DNA of 63,677 nucleotides, counting the filler, from Octopus bimaculoides (lineage: Eukaryota): assembly GCF_001194135.2 (NCBI RefSeq). It is 4 parts of 4 records of this genome, joined end to end, with 100 filler letters (N's around TTAATTAATTAA, not from the genome) between each part and the next. Parts side by side here need not be neighbours in the genome. Positions count along the whole stretch, not along the records: positions 1 to 21,326 come from NC_068985.1; 3 more parts are not named here. One strand, 5' to 3'. The notes under the pieces are model-generated. The model was given only the letters and a program-made list of their open reading frames with translations, made no database searches and had not been told where the DNA came from. Position numbers and translations under genes: made by a program. This document shows positions 1 through 13,790 of this stretch, in pieces; positions within the stretch are counted from its first letter, which is position 1, and every line of letters begins with the position of its first letter.

Positions 1-10
1 CGAGCTGCGG

Positions 11-52
<42 letters not shown>

Positions 53-481
53 GAGGGACAGAGACACACAGGCAGATATCTACATGCCTGGGCGAAGTTC
101 CAATAACATGCAGGTAAATTGAAAGAAAATGGCTGATCCTGTAATATATGTGTGTGTGGGTATGTTTGTGTGTGTGGGTACGTGTGTGTGTGGTGCGTGT
201 GTACTTGTGTGTGTGTTGAGTAACTAAGTATCCAGTCTCTGTATACCTTATGAATTTATGAATAATATATAGCATAGAAATGATTTGTAAATTCCTACAT
301 TAATATTGCTTGATTATTAACAGAGTAAAGTATTTTAACTTCAAAAGGGAAGCAAAACCCACATCTACACCGTACACAGATGGAAACATAATACGCACAA
401 GTGTCCATGTGTATGAACGTACATAAAACACATACATACACACAAACACACGCAAACAGATACATAGATAGATATACATAT

Positions 482-517
<36 letters not shown>

Positions 518-1537
518 GTTGATTTAGATCTAGAAATATATTATACATTTGTACATTGTATATTCCAAGTTCATATTGATCTGGTATACTATACTATGTA
601 TAAATTGTGAGGAACTGCTTCGAAACTTGCAGGTCTTGCTTATTTTTAATCGATTTCGCAGGTCGATATTGCGAGACCAATATAGTTGATATTTAATTCG
701 CGTGTTACTTTTTCGAGTTTGTTTCTTTTTCTTATTAACTAGTTTATGGAAATCGATTTATCTCAACTAATATTCGATATAAGCTGTGCAAAAAAAATTA
801 CATTTCGGTACAGCTTTTGGTATTTTGTATTGAATTTGAACTGGGAATTAAATCGATATTCATATCCTCTAATGGTTTTTTTAATATTTATTTATATTTA
901 TGTATATATATCCAGTAACGTACCAAGACAGACACTAACACGACAAAATCAAACACTGCACATATACATGACTATAAATGTATGTGTATGCAATATATGT
1001 GCATATATATATANNNNNNNNNNNNNNNNNNNNNNNNNNNNNNNNNNNNNNNNNNNNNNNNNNNNNNNNNNNNNNNNNNNNNNNNNNNNNNNNNNNNNNN
1101 NNNNNNNNNNNNNNNNNNNNNNNNNNNNNNNNNNNNNNNNNNNNNNNNNNNNNNNNNNNNNNNNNNNNNNNNNNNNNNNNNNNNNNNNNNNNNNNNNNNN
1201 NNNNNNNNNNNNNNNNNNNNNNNNNNNNNNNNNNNNNNNNNNNNNNNNNNNNNNNNNNNNNNNNNNNNNNNNNNNNNNNNNNNNNNNNNNNNNNNNNNNN
1301 NNNNNNNNNNNNNNNNNNNNNNNNNNNNNNNNNNNNNNNNNNNNNNNNNNNNNNNNNNNNNNNNNNNNNNNNNNNNNNNNNNNNNNNNNNNNNNNNNNNN
1401 NNNNNNNNNNNNNNNNNNNNNNNNNNNNNNNNNNNNNNNNNNNNNNNNNNNNNNNNNNNNNNNNNNNNNNNNNNNNNNNNNNNNNNNNNNNNNNNNNNNN
1501 NNNNNNNNNNNNNNNNNNNNNNNNNNNNNNNNNNNAC

Positions 1538-1592
<55 letters not shown>

Positions 1593-4500
1593 GGAGAGAT
1601 AGACGGAGAGAGAAAGAGTGAAAAAGGTGATATATAAAGAAATTCATATATACATCTATACACATGAATACACACACACACATACACACTTTGCTGTATA
1701 AAGCTATGTTAACATACATAGCGATACATGTATACTTACATATATATTTTCAGAGACTTGCGACTCGGTCGAGTCAAATTGAAAAAGAACATGGTTTCTA
1801 AAGTGACTTATGTATGTCTCTCACAGGTAGCACGCATTTACTAAGAAACATCAATGCTGCGCTTCAATACGCTGATATCTCAATGGCATAATATACATCA
1901 ATCTTTACTGATGATAACTTCACTGTCTGGGAATCACGTTGCAACCTGCGAGACCCTAGAAAAATGTTCATTCAATTGTAGCTGCAACATATTGTTTCCT
2001 CTATAATATGGAAATGATAATATGGATCGGCAATCTTCTATTTTCTATTAAATTATATCGCTTTATGCATAGGCACTCGTGCAAACATATATATATATAT
2101 GTGTGTGTGTGCGTGAGTGTGTGTGTGCATGTGTGTGTGTGTGAGTGTGTGTGTGTGCATGTGTGTGTGTTTGTGTGTGTGCGTGTGTATATATNNNNNN
2201 NNNNNNNNNNNNNNNNNNNNNNNNNNNNNNNNNNNNNNNNNNNNNNNNNNNNNNNNNNNNNNNNNNNNNNNNNNNNNNNNNNNNNNNNNNNNNNNNNNNN
2301 NNNNNNNNNNNNNNNNNNNNNNNNNNNNNNNNNNNNNNNNNNNNNNNNNNNNNNNNNNNNNNNNNNNNNNNNNNNNNNNNNNNNNNNNNNNNNNNNNNNN
2401 NNNNNNNNNNNNNNNNNNNNNNNNNNNNNNNNNNNNNNNNNNNNNNNNNNNNNNNNNNNNNNNNNNNNNNNNNNNNNNNNNNNNNNNNNNNNNNNNNNNN
2501 NNNNNNNNNNNNNNNNNNNNNNNNNNNNNNNNNNNNNNNNNNNNNNNNNNNNNNNNNNNNNNNNNNNNNNNNNNNNNNNNNNNNNNNNNNNNNNNNNNNN
2601 NNNNNNNNNNNNNNNNNNNNNNNNNNNNNNNNNNNNNNNNNNNNNNNNNNNNNNNNNNNNNNNNNNNNNNNNNNNNNNNNNNNNNNNNNNNNNNNNNNNN
2701 NNNNNNNNNNNNNNNNNNNTATATATATATATACTTATATATATATACATATATATATACAGAGTTTGAGGGTTTAGTTCACAGGTGATCTAGACGATTA
2801 GGTATGCTAGGTAAGATCTGTAAGGGATTACCGGGGCTCCAGGGTTTACTACAACATAGAGCTTCTACGTTGTAGTAGAGGCAACATGTTCTTTGTCTAT
2901 CTCCTTAATTTCTTGCAGATTTTAGGTGTAATTATACTAATGCGCACATCTGTTCTAATTTAATTAAATTCCATGTCTCTGTGCAATAATTGAAGAAATT
3001 ATTGCATTGCTTAATTGCATGGCGTTGCATGAAACGATCGTACTGAATTGCCTCTGGTTATTCTTGTTGCTTGCTTTGATTTAATCACCTAACTTTGAAA
3101 TTTTATGTATGATACCATACTAAATTCTAGTGTCTCAACTTAAGTACCATATTCACCTTAATCTAAATGTTTGCTAAACTTATACATATTCAATCGTATT
3201 CAATCTCAGACGTATTCAATCTCAGAAAATGTCAAATTATTTTGTACAATTTAATTTGAGAAAAATAATAGTTACAAAAATATCCCGATGACCAATTGTA
3301 TAACAGTTTTTATCTGGTTTGTGCGATCAAGTCCAATATTCGCGTAAGCTGAAGTCTTCAAATATGTCACATATATTGTATTAGTACTTATTCGAAGTAT
3401 GTTATACCTAATTCGGTGAGATACAGCCATATGCAATGAGCATTACATTATAGTATGATATTCTCTCGTATCATTACCTATATGGATACATTTATTACAC
3501 ATAAGGACACTCATTTCTGTGTGCATACCTTAAGCGCATATATATTTATCACAGCATATGTACATATGTGCTTTTATGTACTTATTTACACGTAAATATA
3601 TATTTGTATTCGTGTACACACACACTCACAGACACACACACACACACAAAATAAACGCACCCACAAACATATAAACAGACATGTGTATTTCAATGTCTCA
3701 GTAGAATTCTGTAAGAATCCAATTTTATTGCATTTCACATATATGTTGTTGGCTTTACACTGGTTTTTATGTTGAGAATGTCAGGATAGTCATAATACGA
3801 CATAATTCCCTTTTTATCTCGTCATTATCTTGTCAATTATTCCCCCGGTATTGTCAAATTAAGACCTAATAACGTGCCAGCATATGAACCATCAACCATA
3901 AACATTACAATACTTGATCGAATGAGTCTTATCATTATCAGTATGATTATATGCATCACATAAATTATAACGTATGCTCGCTATAATGTGTATCTATGTT
4001 AATATAAGACTATAAGCTGTCTACTTTGTAGTGTAAACGAAGTTCATGTTGCAAATATAATATCAATGAAATACACTCTGCATCGAGTTTTTCGTCTTGT
4101 TGGGACTTTTTTTTTTCATATGTCTTCAGTTGTTGAACAGCCATCTATTCCAAAGGGAAACATTGCATTTAATCGACGATTCTATATTACTTGCACATAT
4201 GCAATCACTTTATTTAGCAAAGTCATATCTCACGCGATATTAAGCGAAACCATAAAGCTTCATGTCTAAATGTACTCTATACTTTGAGGTCGCCTTTCTA
4301 TCATTTCCACAGTTTATCTCCTTTACAAAGTTACATATCAAATGTATCTGCTGCATGTTCGAGAATTTTATGATATGGAGAGGGAATATTGCTGTCCTCA
4401 ACATTTTTATTTATATTTGCTATGGAATATTTATCAATAAAATTGTTTTTCCACATAGATTTTGATTTATTCAAATCAATTTAATCATTGGCTTCAATTC

Positions 4501-4667
4501 AGCATTGCAGGTAATTTATATTTAAATGTTATCTCACAATAAATAGTTTACAGTTTGCAATTTACAATATCGCATATATAAATATGTATTCGTTGGAAGA
4601 ACACCAATGCCGAATTGTTGTTGTTGTTATTATTATCATTATTATTATTATTATTATTATTATTCAT

Positions 4668-4738
4668 GTACTGCCTGGAATCGAAATCGGAATCTTGGGG
4701 TTAGTAGCTCGCGCTCTTAATCACTACGCCATATGCCC
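4668..4738 (-). mobile_element. tRNA-derived SINE head (5' tRNA-like region only)
   Basis: Reverse complement reads GGCATATGGCGTAGTGATTAAGAGCGCGAGCTACTAACCCCAAGATTCCGATTTCGATTCCAGGCAG, with an A-box-like TGGCGTAGTG and B-box-like TTCGATTCC; abuts an (ATT)n tract. Confidence 0.6.
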
Positions 4739-5904
4739 GTGGGCATATGGCGGAATCTTGTAGACGAAAATGTATGTATGGTAGCAAAACTGCCTTCATA
4801 TTGAGAAAGAGCAACCGAAAGTTAGATAAATAACCATAACTATCTTTTGCCAAAGAAATTATTTTCAATTAGTCAGGCCTGGTTATTAGGCTAATTGAAA
4901 CCTACGCTATTAGGGTCTATGATATTTGATTCTCATACACTAAATATTTTTCCGACCTTGTATGAAATATATAGATATCTGCAGACGACTTTTTATTGTA
5001 TTGAGGCAAACATTTTCACAGGAATTGACAAATTTTGTATTGAGTGTATCAAATATCATTCCCGTAAGTACAATTTCATATTAATATGTGATAGAAAACT
5101 GTACTGGAAAACAATTTTAAATAGACACTCTAAATACTTATATCATATTTAGAATTTAACCATGTCGAGTAGGACTTGTCTCGGTCAAACGATAAATTTT
5201 GCAGCGTTTTCCTTGGGTCGGCGTAAAGAAATCGAGAAAATGTTATACATGATAATGATATTCCGTAGGGTAGTAACTGATATAAGTTTTACTAAAATAT
5301 GTAATCCATATACATGAATAAATCCATATACATGAATAAATCCATATACATGTGTAAGCATTGTCTGTACGTATGTATGTGGGCTTGTGTACGTGTGTGA
5401 GTATCAGGTAAATAATTTCCATTTATGTGAGACACACACATATATGCATATTTATGTATGTATATATACGTATGTGTGTATATGTGTACGTCTATGTGAA
5501 GTTTGTGTGTGTACATTTGTGTGTATTTAAAATGCAAATAGAATATAAGTGGTGTGTTGAAAGACAATTAAGTATAGGATCAAACGCCACTACTGATGAT
5601 ATAAAACTAGAACGAAATCAATATATTACAACTTATAATAGCTAGCGGTTGTTGACATTATAGCAGCGAGAATGATTTATAGCACAGGGATAATCCTCTC
5701 TTGATTTACGAATGAAGAGAATTTGAATTTCGAGACACAACGTAAAATACCTAAATAAATATAAAATTTTATGAATTATAATTATTAAAAAAATATTTGT
5801 TGTAAATTCTTAATCCACACCACTAAAGAACGGCAAACAGAAATAATTCATTAGTTTCTGCAAATATTATACTAATGTTTCTAACCTTAGGCAATACGGA
5901 TAAT

Positions 5905-6060
5905 TTTGGTTTCGAAATTTGTTACAACGCCAGCAGTTTCGGGGTAGATAGTATGGGGATTACATCAACCAACGTGCTTAACTGGAATTAATTTTATCGA
6001 ACCGAAAGGATAAGAGTCTAAGTCGAATTACACAGAACTTAATTACAGACAAAATGCGTC
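5905..6060 (-). mobile_element. Degraded SINE family B copy
   Basis: Degenerate match to the family B reverse-strand core (AACTGG...TTTATCGA.CCGAAAGGAT...AAGTCGA) seen intact elsewhere in this window. Confidence 0.5.
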
Positions 6061-7779
6061 TAAGCAGCTCCCTCGTCGGGATGACGATTGTGCTAGAAAG
6101 CCGCCTCAGGGAATACAGTTAATGCTGCGAATAGATGCTTAACTTCGCCCTTCTGTGTAGTTAAGATTGTATAACTTAAAGAGATGCAGATATCGGATAA
6201 TTAGAATTAATAGTATTTGATAATCTCGAATATATTGGTAGCACCATTCCGATGCTTTTAACACAAAACTAAATAATTAACAAGTCAGATAAATGCAATG
6301 AATAGAATTGAAATAATTAGATACACTATCTACGAAAGCACGTGATGCCAATGTGTTACAAAACAATGCAAGATAAACTAAACGTTGAAAATATGAAATT
6401 AAACATATATTTGAGGGAAAATATATTTATATACACGTAATTCCCATAAGCGGAAATACGTAGGTGTATTTTATATATATATATATATNNNNNNNNNNNN
6501 NNNNNNNNNNNNNNNNNNNNNNNNNNNNNNNNNNNNNNNNNNNNNNNNNNNNNNNNNNNNNNNNNNNNNNNNNNNNNNNNNNNNNNNNNNNNNNNNNNNN
6601 NNNNNNNNNNNNNNNNNNNNNNNNNNNNNNNNNNNNNNNNNNNNNNNNNNNNNNNNNNNNNNNNNNNNNNNNNNNNNNNNNNNNNNNNNNNTAAATATAT
6701 ATGTTTAAATATATATGTGTATGTGTGTGTGTGTGTATTTATGCATGTACATAAAAATATATGTATATACGTACATATATACATATATATATAAATAGAT
6801 TGATTGATAATTGGGTGAATGATTTGCTATTTATACTTGTCCATATAATATACATGCAGTGTTTTCATTTTCACATGTGTACGGAGCGTGCAAGGGAATG
6901 AGCTTTATAAAATACGCTCTTAACGTGATCTAAATTACCTACCTAACGGAATATGCGATCGTGTTTTTTTTATTGTTTGTGCAAGTCTTTGTACGTAAAT
7001 GCGTGTGTAGTTGTGACTGACTCTGTCCATCTGAATGTGAGTGTGTGTTTGTGTGTGTGTTTGTGAGTATGTGTGTCTGTGCTCGTATGTGTGTCTATAT
7101 TTGTGCTTCTATGTTTGTGAACGTGTGTTTGTGATTGCATGTTTGTGTTTCTGTGTGATTGTGTGTCCGTGTGTCTGTGTGAAAATATTAAAAAAAATAT
7201 TCGCGAATGCATGAGTAATTTGTAGCACCATGCTACGGGATTTAAATTGAAATTCTGATTTAGTGCACTTCAGTTTAGATGTAGCGAATCACTTTATATT
7301 CCCTATCCGTTCTGCCTAAGGTTATGTATGATATCCTGCTAATTCTGAAAGAATACGAACTTTACAGAACGTGTATCTGAAAGGTTGATAACGTGTCACA
7401 TCCTGTGCATCTAGTGTGTGACAATACATTTTGTTTAAAGAACATTTGGTCGTTGATGTCTTCTGGAAATTTTTTCCCTGGACAATTTCCTGTAGATTTC
7501 GAAATGTACTGCCACTAAATCACCGCATCCCTAATTCCTGATGCGAAAACGTAAAATCTGTAATGTTACATTTGATTTGTGAACTTGAATATTTATTGAT
7601 TTCATATTTTGAAATGTGATTAGATTAGAGTTGTTGATTAGATCCACACAATGTTCAACTGGCCCTCTCGTTATTGACCCCGAAAAGATGAAAGGTAAAG
7701 TCAATGTCCGTGGAAGATTAACTCAGAACGTAAAGACGGAAGAAATCCAGTGAAGCATGGACGGCAAAAAAAGCTAAGT

Positions 7780-9283
7780 CACAAATGTCAGACTCCTGGC
7801 CCGTGGGCCACCTCCGGCCGTGCAGCAATTCGATACGGCCCGCGGGACTATTTAGATCTCAGCATAATATTGGTCCAAGTGTTGGTGTCAGCAAATAGGG
7901 TACTTTGCTGCCCTCAGCTACACCCATGCCTTTATGTTACAACACATACATAGTGTGTGGCTAAAGCAGGCCATTATGTTACATATAGCACTGACTGTAC
8001 TACCTTTCTTACTAAGAGTGTCACCAAAAGTAGCAATGTAAACAACACCACTGTAACTATTATACCCTGTCTGTACAAACAAAAAAAAACATTAAAGAGG
8101 CATGATAACACTGTCACAAATCTTATTTGTAACTTCAACAAACCATGCTGGGAAACGCCTCCTTCGCTTCTCTAATTCCATAATGCACTGCAACAGCCGC
8201 CTTAACGCTCTTTCGGGTGATCATCTTCACGTGACATCATTCAGTAGTAGTAGCAATTTATATCAATGATCATGAGAAAGGTCCATGCTGAAGAAAGAAA
8301 CTTTCAGATACGAAGAGAAACCGAGTACATGTTTACTGACATTGATAGCAAGCCCGTGTGTCGTAACAGTGGTGTAAATTTTGCCGTACTTAAAGAGTAT
8401 AATCTCAAACGCTACTACGAGACAAAACATCAGGACAAATATAAATACCTCACTGCTGAGGAGAAGCAACGAAAGGTAGACGAGTTGAAGAGGAATTTCA
8501 CATTACAACAGATGTTTTTTTTAACTGAAGCAAAATCACAAAGTGTAGCTGCTGTTAAAACAAGTTTTATTTTGGCAGAGGAGATCGCAAAATCAGCCCG
8601 GCCAGGAATCGATGAAGAGCGTGTGAAGAGCTGCGCGATGAAAATGTGTGACCTTTTTGTGTTCAGACAAGAGCCAACTGTTTGCTAAAGTGATTATTAA
8701 CAGAAATACGGCTTCCGATTAGGTGTGTGAGATGGCCAGTGATTTGAAGACACAGCTGATTTTAAAAAAAGACAAGATTTTGATGCATACTCTCTTGCTG
8801 TGGATGAGACTACTGGCACGACTGATACGGCACAGCCAGCTATCTTCATCTGTGGGGTGGACGGCAATTTATTCATCATCGAGGAAATTTTGGACATTAA
8901 ATCGATACACGGGCAACAACAGGAAAGGACCATTTTGCAAAAAATCTCAGAGTCTAACCGATATGAAACTGCCCTGGGATAAACTTGAAGGAGTTACAAC
9001 AGATGGAGTACCGGCGATGTGCAGGGATAAAAGTAATTGCATAAAGAAAATTGATTATTTTAATTTTCAATAAAAAGTACATTTTTATGCTGAGTAAAGT
9101 ATTTTAAGTAATTTAAGAAACAGTTAATTTAATTTTGGAATAAAGTTATATTCCGTCTGTTTCAATGCATGTTGTTAAAAAATTTTTAGTCTGTTCAATA
9201 AATTTCAATCGTGTTCGGGCCGCGACACCTAAAGTGTGCCTTGAGTCCCCTCTCTCGCCGTGTAATTGAGTCTGACACCCCTG
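7780..9283 (+). mobile_element. Internally deleted hAT DNA transposon (Buster/Charlie/SPIN-like)
   Basis: Left end CACAAATGTCAGACTC versus right end GAGTCTGACACCCCTG (reverse complement CAGGGGTGTCAGACTC, 12/16 match); perfect 8-bp TSD AGCTAAGT at 7772-7779 and 9284-9291; subterminal GGCCCG/CGGGCC motifs; encloses transposase fragments. Confidence 0.92.
8266..9040 (+). pseudogene. Frameshifted, truncated hAT transposase (GTF2IRD2/SPIN-like)
   Basis: ORF pieces 8266-8688, 8723-9073 and 8800-8982 give VLKEYNLKRYYETKH, SLAVDETT..TDTAQ..IFICGVD..EEILDI and GVTTDGVPAMC (first two catalytic Asp motifs of the hAT DDE); frameshifts present and C-terminal part missing. Confidence 0.88.
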
Positions 9284-12200
9284 AGCTAAGTAATTTGCCT
9301 AGCGTACTAACGATTTTGACAGCAAGTGTTAGATATAGGCAGAAGGCCAGGTTATATTACTTTTTCTGTGAACGGAGAGCTAGTCGATTACATGGACACC
9401 AATGCTTGACTGCTACAACCCCGAAAAGATGACACCCCGAAAACTTGAAAGGAAAAGTGGACTGCGAATAAATTTGTACGAAATGCCACGAAGCACTTCA
9501 TTTTCGGGNNNNNNNNNNGCGAATAAATTTGTACGAAATGCCACGAAGCACTTCATTTTCGGGGTGATGATGACTCTACAGGATGAGCGTTTAAATGTAA
9601 CAGACACATACACACATACATTAGGTTGGAGCGAAAATGGTATTTTTACACAGGTTTTCGAAACGTACTTTTCGTTGTGAGATCCTTTTAAAACAATTGT
9701 TTTAAAATCTGAAGCTCTTAAATTTACATCTTTTGGCTCTGCAGCCCATTTTAAATTCTAAATAATGAGTGAAAAATCAATTTATACCACATTTGCCGTT
9801 ACTCATTTTATTCTTTGCATTCATTGTTACTAATGGATTTCCTTTTGTAACATCCTGTAAAAACAAGTCTTAAAATCTCAAGCTCTAACATTCATATCTT
9901 TAAGCTCCGCAACGCACTTAAAGTTTCAAAATTATGTGAAATAAATAGACTTTTCAACTTTATTTTCTTAATTATTTTTTAATACTAGGTCATCGAATAT
10001 ATGTGTTACATGAGGTCTAGATTACACAGACATTAAAATAAAATTACGTGCGAACCAATTTTTGATTCTTGACACATTTTGGTGATAAAAAATAATATAC
10101 ATCCATAATTAAATAATACGAATCGTTGTAGTGTACTAATTTTTGTTCCAATAATAAAGCCAATTGAACTTTTGGCAGACGAAAATTAGCATCTTACTCT
10201 CAAACAAGGAAAGGAGCAAACAAAATTGTGTTGTTTTGGAAATTCCTAAAACGACATAATTCCTAAGACGATATAAGATTTTCGGTTTAACTGACTCAGT
10301 CGTAACACCAGCGATAGGTACATTTTGCCAAGGAAATATTATGTTTCCTGTTACAATCTTGACAATTTGTTTAACTGTAGGATCTATCTTAACTACATTC
10401 TTTTCTTTTTCTCGTTCAAATAAGACGTTGTTTAGTTCGTCCTTTGAAGTTGGCAAAACTTACTCGCTAACATTACATGCATTAACACATATCATGACGC
10501 GTTAGTGGCATATGAGTCATCACTAAATATAAAAAAACACTACATTTAACACGATTATTAATTTTAAAACAATAGCCTAAAGTTAAAGTACAAAGCAGAA
10601 ACATCTCACACTTACGACGTATGTTCACATGCAACGACCGTTGCAGCTGCACTGGAGAGACGTTCACACTCCCGTTCACTTTATAATCAATGTGCAATCT
10701 CAAGATAGTCAATTGCATTGATAATTCGTATGCAACCTCTTAAGGATACACATTTTACTGTATGTGGAAATACGTACTCGTTACGACTCATAACCCATGA
10801 ACTCATACATTCGACCAAAACTTTTTAATTGCGTTGCGGAGCCTGACAAAACTATTTAACCGCACAGGTCTTTATTCACCTTTCTTTTTACCATAATTCA
10901 CAACAAAATATCGATATATATATATATATATNNNNNNNNNNNNNNNNNNNNNNNNNNNNNNNNNNNNNNNNNNNNNNNNNNNNNNNNNNNNNNNNNNNNN
11001 NNNNNNNNNNNNNNNNNNNNNNNNNNNNNNNNNNNNNNNNNNNNNNNNNNNNNNNNNNNNNNNNNNNNNNNNNNNNNNNNNNNNNNNNNNNNNNNNNNNN
11101 NNNNNNNNNNNNNNNNNNNNNNNNNNNNNNNNNNNNNNNNNNNNNNNNNNNNNNNNNNNNNNNNNNNNNNNNNNNNNNNNNNNNNNNNNNNNNNNNNNNN
11201 NNNNNNNNNNNNNNNNNNNNNNNNNNNNNNNNNNNNNNNNNNNNNNNNNNNNNNNNNNNNNNNNNNNNNNNNNNNNNNNNNNNNNNNNNNNNNNNNNNNN
11301 NNNNNNNNNNNNNNNNNNNNNNNNNNNNNNNNNNNNNNNNNNNNNNNNNNNNNNNNNNNNNNNNNNNNNNNNNNNNNNNNNNNNNNNNNNNNNNNNNNNN
11401 NNNNNNNNNNNNNNNNNNNNNNNNNNNNNNNNNNNNNNNNNNNNNNNNNNNNNNNNNNNNNNNNNNNNNNNNNNNNNNNNNNNNNNNNNNNTCTTAGTAC
11501 GTAGTTATACACGAGCAAACACACGTATACTATGTGTGTGTATCTGTGTTTATATACTATTTAAATAAGTGTGATATAAATTGTGGGAAATAATGATAAG
11601 TTCTAGATTAAAATTCTCTCCAACTTCCCATAAATAATTAATACACGTGTCATTCAACTCGTAATTTTGAAGCCATTATTATAAATTTTAATTGTAGCCG
11701 CCAGAACAAAAAAGTATAGTGGAAGTAGTGCATACACAAAATTATATATTCCTATAGTAATTCACTAAATCAGTAAAATAAATATAAATGCAGAACTACA
11801 TTATTAGAAGTATACTTTCGAAGACGACATAATTCGAAGTGCATGCGTCTAAATGAATGTTCGGTTGTGCGCGTGTGCCTGCGTGCGTGCGAGAAGTTTT
11901 GTGTGTTCGAGCGAGTTCATGAGGAAACGTTGTTGTTACGGCCCGAGTTGGAACCCGGCCATGATAATAAATTATATATAATGGCAATGGTTTATATATC
12001 GGTTGTGGATGATGCAAAGAAGTGTTGCATGATCTGTGAATGATTGGTCATGTGACTCATGATATTCATACACGGATGTGAGTGTGAACACATCAGTCTT
12101 TTCAGATGTGAAATTGAGAATTGGGGATTGATAAGACTCATCAGGAAGTGGAACGAATCTGAACACCATCTATTAACCCGATTGGCATAAACTATTGAAG

Positions 12201-13599
12201 AAAGATGTTCATGTAGAACTCAACTTTATTGATGTTGAGGTCGAAAACAATGCACTCAGTTATCGGAATAGTGGATCTCAAACCATATGTTCTATCCATA
12301 AATAAGAGCATATGATATTGACTTTAGAGTCGCTTTTAGATATAAAATGTCCAAGGATCCCTAGGCAGCCACGAATACATTTCAAAAGAAATTTGAAGTT
12401 GCACACCTTATGAAAGTAGTTGTTCCATGGACAATAGAAAATGTACTGTGGTGGATGTGAACATAATATACATTAAGAGATATTCGTTTCATATTAAAAT
12501 AAATACACTCATACAAGTCATTAACAGCAAAGGTCATATCAAATATAAATATCGAGTAGGAATCACATGGGTCACTTGTAGTAACATAGCGACCAAAATT
12601 ACTTTCATACATCAAAAGTTATCTGAAAAGACGTTAAAAATGTATTACAGGAAGGAGTCACTAACTTAATTTCATTAATATTTTGCTACTTAAGCTCAGT
12701 TTTCAAAATCAAGCAAAAATTAAAATTTTATTCAACATTGCATTACGTAATTTAAATCCATGGGAATTAGAATATTTGCAATGTGCAAGATTCCATTTTA
12801 AGACATGTTTTACACCATTAATAAAACTATAATAAAACTATACCCGAGCATTTAAATATCTCGCTGTTTTTCCTCTGTATTTAATTTGAATTTTATTGTC
12901 CAAGTTTGTGGCCATTTTAGATGTTACAACCTTTCAAGTATATATATGATTGTCTATTTATATATATTATGCATGCCTGTTTTAATATCCTAAATATTGC
13001 GACTATGTACATGTAAGTTCCTTGCAAGGGCCTTTTTGATTTGACCCCATTGATTTAGTTGATACCCTATTTATGAAAGATATATTACACATGGGGGATG
13101 TACTGTTGATTAAGTGCTAAATAATGAAACAAAACATGAAGTAATTTATACGAATTATACGGCAGTAAAAATCAATTTGCTCTGAAGAATTTTCGATATT
13201 TGCTGTCGGATAAAATTAGTTCCGTTAGCATATTGTGTCACAAAATATGACAATCTTGAGAAAATTTACGATAGAGAAGAATTGAAAGAAAGTAATATTG
13301 GTTTAACATGCAAACAGAATACAACGGTGAGTTGTGTCAAGAACGGAACTATTTGATGTTCACAACTACAATGATATATATATACATACATACNNNNNNN
13401 NNNNNNNNNNNNNNNNNNNNNNNNNNNNNNNNNNNNNNNNNNNNNNNNNNNNNNNNNNNNNNNNNNNNNNNNNNNNNNATATATATTTATATATATTTAT
13501 TTATATGTATGTGTGTGTGTGTGTATGTTTTGAAGGTCATCTTAGCTATTTCGTAATATTGATTTTAAATGTTTGCACAAGGCCAGAAAATTTTGAGTA

Positions 13600-13790
13600 G
13601 AGACGTAAATCTGTTGCATCAACCCCAGTTTTCAACTGCTACAAATTTTCCTGACCACAAATCGATGAATCTCAAAGTCAAACTCGGTGGATTTAAGCTC
13701 AGATCGTGAAGATGGACAAAATACTGCTAAGCTCATTTCATAGTCTGCTAACGAGTGTGCCTGCTCGCCGACTTTCTTTTCCAAGCACAA
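13600..13790 (-). mobile_element. Degraded SINE family B copy
   Basis: Minus strand AAATGAGCTTAGCAGTATTTTGTCCATCTTCACGATCTGAGCTTAAATCCACCGAGTTTGACTTTG aligns with the copy at 28596; accounts for much of ORF 13632-13850. Confidence 0.6.

Noticed and set aside
662-697. RYCETNIVD after an acceptor-like site, resembling an EGF motif
   Set aside because: Followed at once by a stop, with no donor and no other EGF cysteines.
1754-1812. Possible plus exon DLRLGRVKLKKNMVSKVTY with ttttcag/gtatgt ends
   Set aside because: Isolated; no phase-compatible partner or homology recognised. Left unresolved.
7380-7530. Minus frame TGNCPGKKFPEDIN, vaguely semaphorin-like
   Set aside because: Weak splice signals and only a few matching residues; several frames are equally open.
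10136-10718. ORFs 10136-10456 and 10482-10718 with nearby gtaagt donors on the minus strand
   Set aside because: No recognisable domain and no consistent exon chain could be built.
12106-12190. Possible terminal exon CEIENWGLIRLIRKWNESEHHLLTRLA*
   Set aside because: Acceptor only; no upstream partner or homology.
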